The notes: a model not told the origin generated them from the sequence alone. Counted from the stretch's first letter, positions 37,017-50,500 are shown. The stretch is DNA of 64,000 bases from Lama guanicoe (GCA_013239625.1 MU053934.1:5474399-5538398); one strand, 5' to 3'. Numbers and translations are program-made.

Positions 37017-38263
37017 CCAGCAATTTTATAGTGTTTATTGTATTAAGAGAAAAACTAAAATTCTGCCTCATAATGTCTAATTCTTTACATGATTACAAAA
37101 GAGACTAACAATTCAATGTTGGTATGTAAATAAATACTTCTCATTTCAAATGAGCTATTTTTTCACTAAAAAATGGTCTTGCAATAGTGTTTACTGGATA
37201 CAGAGTTTCAACTTTCCAAGACAAAAAATTTTAGAGATCTGTGGTACAATGATATACTTAACACTACTGAGCTAAACACTTAAAAATGATTAAAATGGTA
37301 AATTTAATGTCATTTTTTAACAATAATTTTTAAATGATCTGGCAAGATCTCTGCTGAAAAAATAATTTACTAAACTAACTCATACTACTCACTGAGCTTG
37401 AAAGAATAAATTATCTATTCTTTAAAACATGCCTTAATTGACTTCTTATTATTGCTGAGACTCAGATTTGACATTCACTTGTGACTGCTCCCCAGAGACA
37501 ATAAAGATCCATCCATCAGATGATATGATTTTTCTAATGAAGCATGAAGTTAAACTGCATGAGCCTGTAATTCAGGTATGCACTTAATGCACATAACCAG
37601 TACTTCTAAAAAATAAAATATGTTTTTTCAGTAACTATAGAATATGGCCCCAAAAGAAAGTCAACCCAAATCCAGTGCTAGGCACGAAGAGAAAATGAAG
37701 TTTAAAAAGTGATGTTTCTTAGAACTCATATATTCTTAATAGATTAAAGAAAGGAACAGCAAATTCTGTAGTGACTTGGACCATGATTGTGACTGACACT
37801 GCCTAAAATGAAGGGAAAAAGCAATCTGAAAAACTGTTTCAGTGAGTGCTCCATTCAGAATTTATTTTAATAGCTTAGTAACTGATTAAGTTCCATATTT
37901 ATATGATCATTAAGGACTTGAAGAGGTCACTTAAAATTTTTACATACCTATATATTTTACCACACATTTTTACTGGGCAAATTATATGCTATAGCAGTAT
38001 TTGTTAATTTCAAGATTTCAAAAGTTTCAGGATATATCCTTTCAAAAATGCTAATATTAAATGGCAATACAGTAAAATTCTTCCACAAAAAATCATAAGG
38101 GGCGGAGGAATAGAAGAAACAAGCGTGGCAGACCGTTGATAACCGTTGAAGCTGAGTACTGGGTATGGAGATTCATTATACTATTACTCTCTCTACAGTG
38201 GTGTATGTTTGGTAACATTCTTATGATCTTTTAAAAAAAAATATTATTTAAAATAAGATTCTT

Positions 38264-38367
38264 GGGGGGAGAGTATAGCTCAGTGGTAGAGTGCATGCTT
38301 ATTAGCATGCACAAGGTCCTGGGTTCAACCCCCAGTACCGCCCTCAAAGATAAATAAACCTAATTAT
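38264..38367 (+). mobile_element. vic-1-like SINE
   Basis: ggggagagtatagctcagtggtagagtgcatgc...gtcctgggttcaacccccagtacc...aataaacctaatta. Confidence 0.88.
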
Positions 38368-39764
38368 TTAAATAAAGTCACCTAGAAAATGTAAAGAAAA
38401 AAATTTAAAAAAAGAAAAAAGATTCTTCCATAAAACAGAATGAAGACTTGGTGAGACACAAAGCAAGATTTCCTTAATCTTGACCTTGGAAAATAAGCCA
38501 AACAAAAGTCAAGTACAAGCACTGACAAAAGAAAAGACAGAATATTTAGCATGAAGTATATGCGTTGGGAAGATTTCTCTAGCAAACATACTACTTTCTA
38601 CTCATTTTTAAACAGCTCACAGGAGTGAGTCCTAGTAAACTCTGACAATCTAGAGACAAGATTCAAATATGCTAAGGAATAGCCATCGTGGATAATCTCC
38701 ACCAATTCCTGAATATTCCTAAAATTTTACTTACTGTAAAACTTGCATGAAAAAGAAAACCTAAGAGAGTAAGATTTATCTCAGATTATATATATATCAG
38801 ATTATTTAGAAAACTTAAAAAGTTGTATCTCAAACAAAATACTTCCTGAAATGTCTCCAAGGAAAAATTATTAAAGTAACCAAAAGGAAAAAAATCTCAT
38901 GTTTTAGTGTTGTAAATTTGTAATTCTTCTGAGCCCAAAGATCAAACCTTTTCTTTCATCATGGGATCACCAACTTCACTTTCTTGGCTGCTGATTCACA
39001 CAAGATCAGTAGCAGCCAGAACAAAAACAACATGGGGGCAGGGTCATCTCCCACAACCCATCTGTTTCCCTCTCTGGCTGGCCTGATTCCGCCTCATCTT
39101 TCCTCCACCCCACCCCGTTTTGGGGCTGCATGCCTTCTGCTGGTGCCGGGTGGCATATGTAACTAGAAGCAACAGCACAAAATGTGTCAGAGAAATGGAA
39201 GAGCTCATGCAGACACCTGATAATTCTTAAAAAGTATATATTCATGTGATTCTTTACTATGACCCATGACATAAAGAGTTTCATATACACCTAAATGATA
39301 TGGTTTTTCTGAAAATTTTTTTCTTTATAAAAGTATTTTTTATCAATTAATGAAGTTCTTTAAGCTACACAGATTTTTACTTTTATTTTCCTTGATTTAT
39401 CTTCAACTAATAGATAAACCAAAATCTTTAAAACTCTTACTATCTAAGCAGATATATATATATATATAAAATTGGACACAAAGAAATTTGAGGACAGGTA
39501 TCTTCTGAGAGCTAACTGTGTACCAGACACTGCCCTAGGTCCTACAGTAGAAGGTGAGGAAAACATCAAGCCTTGATTAACGAGTTGCCCTTACCACTGT
39601 AGCTATCACCTCCATCATTTTCAGTTGTATTCAAAACTACTCAGGCTTCTAGAGATGGCAAAGAAAAGGCCTTTCTGCTCCCCCTTCATCTTAGAAATCA
39701 TCCAAAACCAAGGAATACAAGAAACATGAAAATATAAAACAACAGGAAGCACAGGAGGAGTGGC

Positions 39765-40187
39765 ATGGCAGATTAAAGATGCTGCAAATTCCCTGACACT
39801 TCTCTCATTGACAGGTGAAGTCTATTTCCCCTCCTCCTGAATCTGAGCTGAGCTGGGACTGCCTTGACAATGGAGTAGAGTGAAAATGATGCTACGCCTG
39901 TTCCAGGTCTAGACTTCAAGAGGACTGACAGCTTTTACCTTGGTACTCCCCAGAAGTCCAACAACTCTGATGAAGACCATAAAATGAGGTCTCAAGACTA
40001 TGCTGAAAATAAAAGGGATCCAACTGAGACCAGCCTTCCAGAAATCCCTACCAAGGTGTCAGGCACGTATATCCATTCACTTGCTGAATGCCACGATGTG
40101 GACCCAAGTTAACACCATGTGGAGCAGAAGAATCCCCCAGCTAAGCCCTACCCAAATCCCTCGTCCACAAAATTGTGAAACATAATA
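39765..40187 (+). mobile_element. ERVL-MaLR solo LTR (MLT1G/H-like)
   Basis: tggcagattaaagatgctgcaaatt...tggagcagaagaatcccccagctaagccc...cacaaaattgtga. Confidence 0.7.
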
Positions 40188-41069
40188 CATGACATCAGAT
40201 TTCTTAATGCCAACACTGGAAACAGATAACAGAGTATGCCTTCAAATTCTCAGGAAGAAAATTATTTTCAAACTGGAATTGCTTATATAGCCTATCAACC
40301 AAGTGTGAAGGCATTCCAAGTAACAAAAATTTCACCTTCCAAGTAATTTTTTTCATAAAACTCCATGGAACTATGGCCTTTGCTCACTTCAGGTTTCAGC
40401 TCCTCCTGATCATTCTACAGGGAATCAGTAATCCAAGTTTATCCTCTTCCCCCAACAACAAAATGGATAAAAGGTAACAATATAGCACTGCCTCTTCAAC
40501 AACAGTGCAAGGCCCTTCAGAGTACTTGCTTCATTTCTCCCCTTCCTGCACCCTCTGCTCCGACCATATGTACCTGTTATGCTGCTTTCTGTTGTGACTG
40601 TCCAGAATTGCCTCTTCTTCCCCATCCCACCCCTGCTCCCTGTTATCCATCCCCTTCCAACAGGCTATATGCTTCCATAAGATCCCAGGCTTGCTTCTCA
40701 CTGCTTACTGTTACTACTACTATAATGGATTGATCCTCCACTAGACAGCTAAGTTCACCAAGGAAAGGAATTCCGTTCTACTGTCTTTTTGACTCAAGTA
40801 CCTAGATACAAAGCTTGACACAGAACAGGAATGCAATAAACCTTTGTTCATTTACTGACTATATTAATCTCATGGCAACCAAATGACATGTATAGTCAAG
40901 TCAGTACTGAAACAGAAGAACGAGTGAAGAAGATTCTGCCATGGGTAGGTTTTTTCGCTTAAAGAGAAATACACAGAAGATCAGAAAAGGCTTCCGAAGA
41001 AAGGTCATAAGAACGTTTAAGAACAGTCATAGAAAATGGACAGGACTGACAGGATGCACTTATTTTTCA

Positions 41070-43200
41070 TTCATTCTTTCCATAAACATCTACTGAGTAC
41101 CTACTACATACCAGGTACTGTTCTGGGAGCTGGGGGATACTACAGTGAATAAAACAAAGCTCTTGCCCTCAGGGAGCTTATATTCTTCCAGGAGACAGAA
41201 CAGCATGAACAAAAACAATAGGTGTGAGGAAGTATGGCGTATGTTCTAAAAGGGCAGTCAACTACAAGTTATAAGACATGTGCCTGGACCAGCAAGCTGA
41301 GTTTCACTCTAGGAAGTAGGGAACAACATGATCAAGCCATGTTTTAGAGAATAAATGTGGCAGTGGAATAAATACTGGATTGGAGAAAAGGAATATGAGG
41401 TTGGGAAAAAAAGTTACAAAGCTTCTTTCATTAGGCAAAGTATAATGTGCTGAGATCCTGAATTTGGGGAGTGAATGCAGAAAGGAGGGAACTGCCATAC
41501 AACATAGAGTCACAACCTGGCACAGAGCAAGGACTCAGATCTTTGCTGAATTAATGTTGAATGAATGACAGAATTTATATGTGAAAGGATGTGTCTCTGG
41601 TTGCAGGAGCGGTGGTGAAGAAAGGAAGGTATCAAAGGTGACTGCAGTTTTAAGCCAGAGTGACTGCTAGAATGGTAATTCTACTAACAGAAACAGGGAA
41701 GAAAGGGGAAGGAATTTTATCTGAGGGGATGATGAAGGTGACTTTGGATGCTGCATGCAGAAGCCAAAGCCAAATAATGGAAACAGCATTTGAGTTTCCA
41801 TTATGTACATGAGGAGGAAAACACGGAAATAAAGGTAGAAGATGGAAATTTTAAAATACAGGAATAGGAAGAAGACAGAAAAGAAAAGTAGGGAGAGTAA
41901 AAGGCAGAGGTAAAGATACAAGGGAATGATAAATTGCTATCTAACCTGACTGCTGATAATCAGGAATTCCTGGTCTCAGATTGCCTACTTTGGGTTTTAG
42001 ACCATCCCTCTGACTCCTAAAATTATCATATACAGCTGAGTATCTAATTACGTATCAGTACTTTCTACTCACACTATTTTAGAAGAAGCTCAATACAGCT
42101 GTAACTTTATAATGCTGAGGGGCAACCAGCTGTCCCCAAACTTAAAGACACAAGTAAGCTCAACAGCTTATATGAAAGGACATGAACTTAACAGCTGGAA
42201 GCAACAGAAATAAATATAAACATTTAAGATAAAAGTAAAATATGTATTTTATCCTCAGGCTCAACTCCTTTTCTGTTGATTACCTCTCCACGTCATTCTC
42301 TGCAGGCACCGGCCAGACATCCACAGCTTGGAACATGATGGAATGGTATATTGGGTACACTTGGGAACACCTTAACTCTGACACAAATTGTCATTCAGTC
42401 CTAATGTCACAACTACCTCCCACTGCCAACCCCCATAAAAAAGAAAATCCAGTCCTAATGTCACCTAATATCTTTTGGGGTGGATCTGGCCTCTATTAAT
42501 TCACTCAACAAATACATATTGATTAGGCACTGTTTCAGGCACTGGGAATGCAACAGAAAGTATCCCTGCTTTCATGGAGCTTATATTATAGTGCAAAAGA
42601 CACAAAAATAAAAGTAAATAAATATACAATAAAATAATTTCAGACAACTGTAAGTATTATTCAGGGGAAGGATGGCTAATTTAGATTATATGTTCAAGAA
42701 AGGTCTCATTAAGGAGGTGATATCTGAGCTGAGACTTGCATGATAAACTTAATAGAGCACTTACTGTAAGTGAGGCACTTTGTGTGTATGTATTCAACCT
42801 TCACAACACTAAGAGATATTTACTTATATTATTCATTTTTTCACAGTTGAGGAGATGAAGACACTGAGAGGCTAAATAACTTGAATGCAGGCATCAGGTT
42901 TCAGAACCCATGCCTCTAACCAGTACACAATCTTACACTATCTGAACTTGACAAGAAGCAGCCAGCCATGCAGAGGAAACAGCATGTACAAGTTCAGAGG
43001 CCACGAGATGGGAATGAGCTTGGCATCATCAAGGAACTGAAAGACCAGTTTGGCCAGAGAACAGAGCAGGGGGGAGAAGTATATTCTATGAAAAACGGGA
43101 TGCCCCTGGGAAGCTTTAAGCAATGGAGTGATATGATCTGACGTATGTTTTTAAAAGATTACTTTGGTAACTGTGCAGAGAATGGTTTGTAGGGGAAACT
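41070..43200. mobile_element. L2 fragments with a nested MIR (~42740-42930)
   Basis: cattcattc...tactgagtacctactacataccagg and tttaagcaatggagtgatatgatctga. Confidence 0.6.
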
Positions 43201-43854
43201 GTTCACCTCGGCCTGCTGCCTGAATGAGTTTGGTATAATTTACCATTCTGTCTGGCCCCTATTAACAACTGCAATAATGTTGTTTTGGGGATACGTTATG
43301 ATATGTGACCTATATACATTTTAATACCTTATATCACTGAGTTTGGTGATATGACCTTAAGCAAGTCACTCCGAATAAAAATTGTTACTATCTATCCTAT
43401 TATCTTAAAGGATCTCATGAGAAGTTATTCTGAAAATCAGAGAGTTTAACTGCAAGGTGGTATTTTGTTGCAAACATTTAACAGAAATTTGACAGTCTGC
43501 CTTAATCCCTACATCCAAGTCCTCCCTCCCCAACAAAAGGCTGCTTAAAATTTAAAGCACTATTTTGGCAAAATGACATCATTACATTCCTTGAACTACA
43601 TTCATGCCCACAAACACTACAGATATGCTTTCTTTATGGCTCCTAATCCCTCTCCTATGGTGTCCAAATGCATTCCAGTTTTTAAATGTGGAATTCTATT
43701 TGTCTTTTATAGATTTCTTCTCTAAGAGTAAGAATGATGGGTGTTTAGAAGTTCACATGCTATGTATAAAAGACCTGTATAAATTTAAATGTGCACTGAA
43801 CAAATTTTGTGTGTTCACCTATAAAATGTTGTAATTCGTCATAAGGCAATTTTC

Positions 43855-44858
43855 TTTTTTTTTTTTTTTTTCACCTGAAATCATTTATTTACAACTTTAA
43901 GGAAAGGAGCCCTGTCTTGCTTTCTCTTGCTCTGGTATTCAAATTCTTGAAGAAATGATGGAAACAAGGGTTTCTGACCCAGCAGTGCTTCCTTGTTTCT
44001 GGTATTTCCAGGCTTCTGTTCTCTTCATTGGTTTCATTCAAGGCAACATAACCAGTTTTGAACCTTGGAAGCTCTCCCTGTGTAGGGGCAATTATTTTCA
44101 TCCAAATTGTGAATGTTGCTCAAGAAGAGGATAAATTAACTGAAGAATAGTCTCCAATCCCAAATATTTCTAGAGAACAGACTTTTCCTCATCTAAGTCA
44201 GTGATATCATTATCTAGTCAGTTGTTCAATTAAGAAACCTAGGAGTCATTTTTCACTTTACTCTTTCTTTCGCTCTCCATGGGTAAGCTCTCAGCAAATA
44301 CTGTTGCTTATACCTCCACAGTACCTCCCAAAGCTACCCGCTTTTCCCTGTTTCAACTCTTGCCGTGGTAGTTTTAGGTCAGTCATCTCTTGCCTGGATG
44401 ATGACTTTATGTTCTTCTAGCTGATCTCTCTCCCTACTCCTGCTTTTTCCATTCACTCTCCCCACAGCTGACGGAATGATTCGAAATTGAACAGTTTATT
44501 TTGAGATAACTCTTGACTAGCATGTAGTTGTAAGAAATAATACAGAGATCTCATGTACCCAGTTTCTCCTGATGGTAACATCTTACAAGATTATAGTATA
44601 ATATCACAACTAGGATATTGACATCTCTACATCAAAATGCAGAACATTTTCATCACCAGAAGGACTTTTATAATGAAAACTATTTCCCTTCCACTACCAG
44701 CCTCACTTTAGCCCTCAGCAACCACTAATCCAGTCTTCATGTACATAATTTTTATCTTTTCAAAGAAACTATATAGATGGAATTACACAGTCTATGTCTA
44801 GAAGTTCTATATTGTTTTAAAAGAGTGGTGATAGTGGACATCCTTTCATTTCTTCTGC
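43855..44858 (-). mobile_element. ~1-kb retroposed polyadenylated RNA (orphan 3' transduction or 3'UTR/lncRNA retrocopy)
   Basis: 15-bp TSD cataaggcaattttc at 43840-43854 and 44859-44873; poly-T at 43855-43871; minus-strand AATAAA at 43884-43889. Confidence 0.8.
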
Positions 44859-46454
44859 CATAAGGCAATTTTCAAGTTAGGAATTCTGTCATTTCCACTC
44901 TGACACCAAAACCTTACACTCCAATGAGCCAGGACAACCTGAAATGTTGCCAGGCCACAGTATAGAAAGTCTGCCCTAGTGATCTTATTCATGTATGAAT
45001 AATATGAAAAAGACTAGTTATTTCTGAACATACTAACTTCGGAATGAAAAACTTGTTGAGACAAATCTCACCTGGGATGAAGACAGGCAGCAGGTGGGGG
45101 AAAAGGAAGGCATTTACAGTACTAGGCTTTGTTTCCACCCTACAATGGATGTTTTTAAAAAAGCCTTATTTTCCAGTGCCAGAGCCTCATATCCTTAGGT
45201 TTCCCAATGAGCTTTCTTCCTGTATCTTAAGAATATGCTTCCTCTTTATAAGAGGAGCCATGAATATTTTTCCTAAATTCTTTTTTCTTTTTTTTTCCCT
45301 TTCCCTCCCCCTAAATTCTTGATCAAATATTTTAAAACACTGGGAATAAACTATCTTGCCACATACACACACACACAAAAATCCAGAAACTGTCACAACT
45401 TTATAGGAATACAGCAAACTCAAATCCAAATCCAGCAACCCACACTCAGAGAAAAAAGTACACTGAAGAGAAGAGTGTCTATGGGTCAAGAAGAAAAGGT
45501 CAGGCTACAGCTCCTAGGCACCTCCTGGTGAGGACGACCACCAGTCCATCTTCCCACCAGCTGTGGCTCCCAGGCATATGTGACTGCCTAACTGGGCTCT
45601 CCTGGGCCAAGGCTCACCTGGGATTTGGGACTCTGTCTGTGTACATGCAAGACAGTGGACCAAAGAGGGACCCTCAGAACAATGCACAATCTATGACAGC
45701 ACCACAGCATTAGAGCTGAAACACCAAGGTATATCATCGGCATACTCATCTATCATTCTTCCAGTCACACTCTAATTCTAAAAGCTAACTTATTAATTAA
45801 ATGAATCTATTCCGGCAAGATCAGTTACCACGCAAAGCACTGGCTCTTCATGTTACCTTCACAACATACAGTGCAGTTTCTGTTTTAAAAAGCATTCTTA
45901 ATTTCTCATGGTCATAAAGGCTTCAGTTAAGGCAGAACCTCTGGAAACATAATAAATCTCAGCAACATAAAAACAGCTCCTAAATCATGGCCCATTATTG
46001 ATCCCATCTGACAGCCTCTTGATTCAAACAGTATTACTCTCAGCCAATTAATATGTCTAAAAAGGTGCTGAGAACTTCTGATGGAATAAAATGTAACAGA
46101 TATTAATAAATATGATTTTAAGTTCAGTATAATTATATTTAAAGCTTTAAAATAAAAAAGGAAAGAGAGTACAGGCAAAAGAAATCCATTTCCCAAACAC
46201 ATAAATAATACAACAAAAGTGTTATCCAAAGAACTGCAGGAATTTCCACATTATGGTTACATCTAAGAGCAATTACGGTAGAATTTACAAAATGCTAAGA
46301 CACAGTAGCAATCAGCAGTTAGTGAGTACATTTTGAAAGTATCTGTTCAGGCAACAAGCATGATGTGGATAGCAAAAAAAGAAAGCGCAAACGCACACCA
46401 GCATGAAAGTCTTCAAATAGCTTGTTGGTGGCATATCTTAAAATGGAAAGGTTC

Positions 46455-46902
46455 AGCATTAAGTCTAAAAAACAATGTACATACCTTATGTTCACGTATA
46501 ACTGAAAAACTGTGCTCTACACTGGAATTTGACACAACATTGTAAAATGACTATAACTCAACAAAAAATGTTAAACTTTTTAAAAAATGTACATACCTTA
46601 ATTTTAAAATATTTTATTGCTAAAAAATAGGAATCACCATCTAAGCCTTCAGTGAGTCATAGTAGTAACATCAACAATCCCTGATCACAGAGCACCATAA
46701 CAAATATAATAATGAAAAAGCTTAAAATATTGTGAGCATTATCAAAACATGACACAGAGACACAAAGTGAACAAATGCTCTCGGGAAAATGGCACCCACA
46801 GACTTGCTCAACACAGGGTTGCCACAAACCTTCAAGTTGTAAGAAACACAGTATCTGCAAAGCACAATAGAACACAGTGCAACAAAATGAGGTATGTCTA
46901 TA
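46455..46902 (-). mobile_element. Internally deleted Tigger1 derivative
   Basis: Reverse complement of the Tigger1 5' end (catacctcattttgttgc...gaaggtttgtggcaaccctg) joined to Tigger1 3' sequence (ttaaggtatgtacatt). Confidence 0.75.
46489..46585 (+). mobile_element. Short young L1 3' tail inserted into Tigger1
   Basis: Matches the tail at ~2460-2545; TSD aatgtacatacctta at 46474-46488 and 46586-46600. Confidence 0.85.
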
Positions 46903-46904
46903 AA

Positions 46905-48680
46905 AGTATTAAGTAGCATTTGCAGGAAATGTCCTTAAAGGAACTGAGTACATTATTCTCTGGACCCTCCTCCCTGCTGGCTGGAATGTGGATGAGGTGC
47001 TGGAGTACAAGCAGCCATCTCAGACTATGAGGAAGAAGCCACAAGTTGAGAATGGTAAGACAACAAAAATAGAAATAAACTGGTTCCTTGTGACACTGTG
47101 GAGCACCACACCAGCCCTGGGTTATCCATCTCTGGGGTTCTTTTACATAAGAGAAAAATAAATTTGTCATATTTAAAGCCACTATTATTTCACTTTGGGG
47201 GGGGGGTCACAAATGGTTGAATATAATCTTAATTCAGAATTTGGTTCCAGGAGCAAGATGCTTCATGAGAAAGAATATACTATGTATATAGCACTGGCTT
47301 AATAAAGTGGTGAGCATTCAGATACTGAAGACTGAAAAACCAGTGATAATTGTTATGTGGTGGCAAAAATCTCATTAAACCACTCACTAATTATATTGGA
47401 GTGCTATATATAGCTTTAAGGGAAATAGTAGGAAAGATTCAGAATGTTGTATGTCTTGGCTGCTTCTTTCAACTTTCAACAAAATTATACCAGGGAGACA
47501 AAACTCAGACTAGAGCTAGTCAGTAAGGAAGCAGAGATACAAAGGAACGTATCTTTGCTAAGGAAGGTATACTCTTTCCTGTGGTCTGCAATCTAAGTTG
47601 ACTAAAAGCCTCCTACTTCGGAGCCTTATAGGGCAGAAAGAGCAACCCACTCTGCACTCCAAAGTGGTCCAGTTAAAACCAATGGCTGCCAAATGGAGAT
47701 AACACTGGAGCTCTGCCATATAAAGGCTGTGAACCCAATTACCAAAATAAAGTGGTGGGGGGGAGTGGCAGGGGAGCTAAGGGTTGCCTTCTCACACAAG
47801 CCAATTGTTTCAGATAGTCACACTGTGACTGCTGTTAAGGTAAGATAGGGTGGAGGTGGGCAAGGCACAGGGGTAAGTAAGCAGAAGACCAGAGTCATCA
47901 GGCTTAAAGACAATGCTTCATCCAGAAATTTATTCCTCTGTCAGGACAGAAAGTCTGCAAATTTCCTACACAGCAGCATTTAATAATTACTGTGGACCAG
48001 TGACTTATATTTTACCAATTCCCCCTTTTTCTGAACCCATGTCTAAGAAACTAAAGGAAAGTATGAGATGATGTCTCACCAAATAGAGAATATCAATACA
48101 AAGACAAAGTTTCTGAATGGCAATTTTTTATTGCTATCATCCTATTTCTAGTTCACCTATTGGATACCAAAACATTTGAGGGCAATTACCTTGTTTTTTA
48201 GTTTATAAGCCCTGAACCATACATGGCAGAGAGGACTGTACATTACTCAGACATCCTGGGCTCTGCTTAATGCAGTAACTAAATAAAATATTGGGGCAGT
48301 CTCTCTTGGGATGAGGTGAATGTGCTGCGCATATGAAAAGAAGGGTAGGCATATATATTACAGCAGCCAAAGGGGTGGGCTAAATCCTAGTTACATCCCC
48401 AAATCCATTCTCCTCTTCTTAGTAATAAAAGGCTGAAGCAAATGGCAACTCAGATTAATGATTACAATTCCCAGCCTCCCTTGAAATTAGGTGGAATCAT
48501 ATGATAACAATCTGAACAATGGGCTATAAGCAAAGTATCACATACAACTTCTAAATACAGTTAAAGGGAATGAGGATGTCTTCAGCCCTTCCTCCTTCTT
48601 GATGGCTGAAATACAGACTGTCTGGCTACAGCCTAAGCAGCCATTTCAGAGTATAAAGTATGCAGAGGATAGCAAAAGAA
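46905..48680 (+). mobile_element. Degenerate ERVL-MaLR element, LTR-internal-LTR (MLT1J-like)
   Basis: LTR-like segments at ~46930-47230 and ~48370-48680 share gctggaatgtgga/gctgaaatacaga and gcagccat motifs, with ~1.1 kb internal region between them. Confidence 0.55.
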
Positions 48681-49820
48681 ACTATTCCTGAGGAAGCCCA
48701 GAGTTTGAATTTATATCTATTACAAAGATATTAAATCAGCAGTTCTAGATATGTTCAAAGAACTAAAGGAAACCGTGCCTTAAAAAACTACAGGAAAGTA
48801 TGAGAATGTCTCACCAAATAGAGAGTATCAATAAAAATATAGAAATTATAAAAAAAAGAACCAAATAGAAATTCTGAAAAAGTAGAATAACTAAAATGAA
48901 ATATTCGCTGGAGGAGTTCAAGCAGATTTGAGGTGGCAGAAGAAAAATAAATCAGTGAACTTGAAAGATCAATCAATTGAAGTTACCCAATCTGAGAAAA
49001 ATGAAAGAAAAAATAATTTTAAAAAATGTCCCTTGAGACCTATTGGACACCATCAAGTGTACCAACATATGCATAAAAGGAATCCCAGAAGAAGAGGAAA
49101 GAAAGGGCAGAAAGAGTACTTTAAGAAATAATGGCTGAAAATTTCTCAAATATGATGAATCTACACATTCAAGAAGGTTAATGAATTCCAAGTAGGGTAA
49201 ACTAAAAGAGATCCATGCATAGATATATCATATTCAAATTATAGAAAGACAAAAAGAGAATCTTGAAAGCAGAAAGAAAAAGTGACTCATCATGTACAAG
49301 AGATACTCAATACAAACAACAGCTGACTTCTCATCAGAAACTTGAGAAGCCAGAAGGCAGTGGGATGGCATATTCAAAGTCCTGAAAGAAAAAAAGCATG
49401 TCAATCAAGGATTCTATATCAAGCAAAACTATCCTTCAAAAATGAAGGAAAAATTAAGACATTCTGAGAAAAACAAAATTGAGAGAATTTGTTGCTAGCA
49501 GGCTTGCCTTATACTAAATATTAAAAGGAGTCCTTTGGTTTGAAATAAGAAGACATTAGAGTAACTCAAATCCACATGAAGAAATAAAGAGCACCAATAA
49601 AGACAACCATATAGGCAAAAATAAAAGACTATTATAAATACATGTTTGTTTCTCTTTACTTTCCTGTCTGTAAAAAGACTACTGTGTAAATTAAGAATTA
49701 TAAATCTAGGTCGTAATTTGTGACATTAACAGGAAAAGGGACTGGCAGAGGTGGGGAGGGAACAGAACTATATAGGAACAAAACAGTTGTATACTATTGA
49801 AATTAAGTTTGTATTAATCC
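48680..49820 (+). mobile_element. Old L1 ORF1 region
   Basis: acagctgacttctcatcagaaac...gccagaaggcagtgggatggcatattcaaagtcctgaaagaa...gcaaaactatccttcaaaaatgaagg. Confidence 0.8.
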
Positions 49821-49829
49821 CATTAAAAA

Positions 49830-50040
49830 AATATGACTCTGAGTAGTTTGGTGCCTCTGCCTCAATTCATGCTAAGGTGCCAGCTGTCTTACCTACCACT
49901 GCTTTTGCTTTTGTTGATATTTCAGTGCAAATATCAACACAGTGAAATGAGCGATAACAGCATTATTATAAAGGTAAGTTCTGAAAGTGAATTAGGGACC
50001 CCCACAGTCCAAATGCAGACTCCACTTCGTGAACCCTTGA
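49830..50040. mobile_element. hAT-Charlie1-like fragment
   Basis: gagtagtttggtgcctctgcctcaattcatgctaaggtgccagc. Confidence 0.55.
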
Positions 50041-50094
50041 ATAAGACCATAAGCTCTTAGAAACAAGGAACACATCTTATATTTACACACAAGG

Positions 50095-50500
50095 CAGCAC
50101 AGTGAGCCAGAGAAGGAGCACAGATTTTTTTTTTTTTTTTGGTCAAGCTGACTTAGGTTCAAACTGTAAAGCTGCCATTTAGGTTACAAGGGCTTGAATT
50201 CTCTATGCCTCAGTTTCCTGTGCTATAAAATGAGGTGGGGAGGTGGGGTAGGGCAGGGTATAGATCAGTGGTGGAGCACATGCTTAGCACCAGGTCCTGG
50301 GTTCAATCCCCAGTAACTTCATTAGTTAGTAAGTAAGTTAATAAATAAATAAACCTAATTACCTCTCCCCAAAACAAAACAAAACAAATAAAATGAGGCT
50401 AATACCTACCTACCAGGGTTACTGTACAGATTAATGAGGTGAAGACCTAAAGTAATCTAAGACCGTCTGAAATATAACAGGTATACAATAAATGCTAACT
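50095..50500 (+). mobile_element. MIR interrupted by a vic-1-like SINE
   Basis: gcctcagtttcctgtgctataaaatgagg[SINE]ctaatacctacc. Confidence 0.7.
50236..50387 (+). mobile_element. vic-1-like SINE
   Basis: A/B boxes and aataaacctaattacctc tail; TSD ataaaatgagg at 50225-50235 and 50388-50398. Confidence 0.88.

Noticed and set aside
36737..37108. 123-aa plus-strand ORF
   Set aside because: It runs antisense through the mini-L1, begins at a non-ATG codon and resembles no recognisable protein.
38264..38340. tRNA gene (A and B boxes present), also at 3297, 6548, 50236 and 57016
   Set aside because: Multiple diverged copies with SINE tails and TSDs identify them as tRNA-derived SINEs.
42288..42295. 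Third CCACGTCA (UPRE/CRE-like) motif suggesting ER-stress control
   Set aside because: It is isolated, and the other two copies come from one duplication, so there is no real enrichment.
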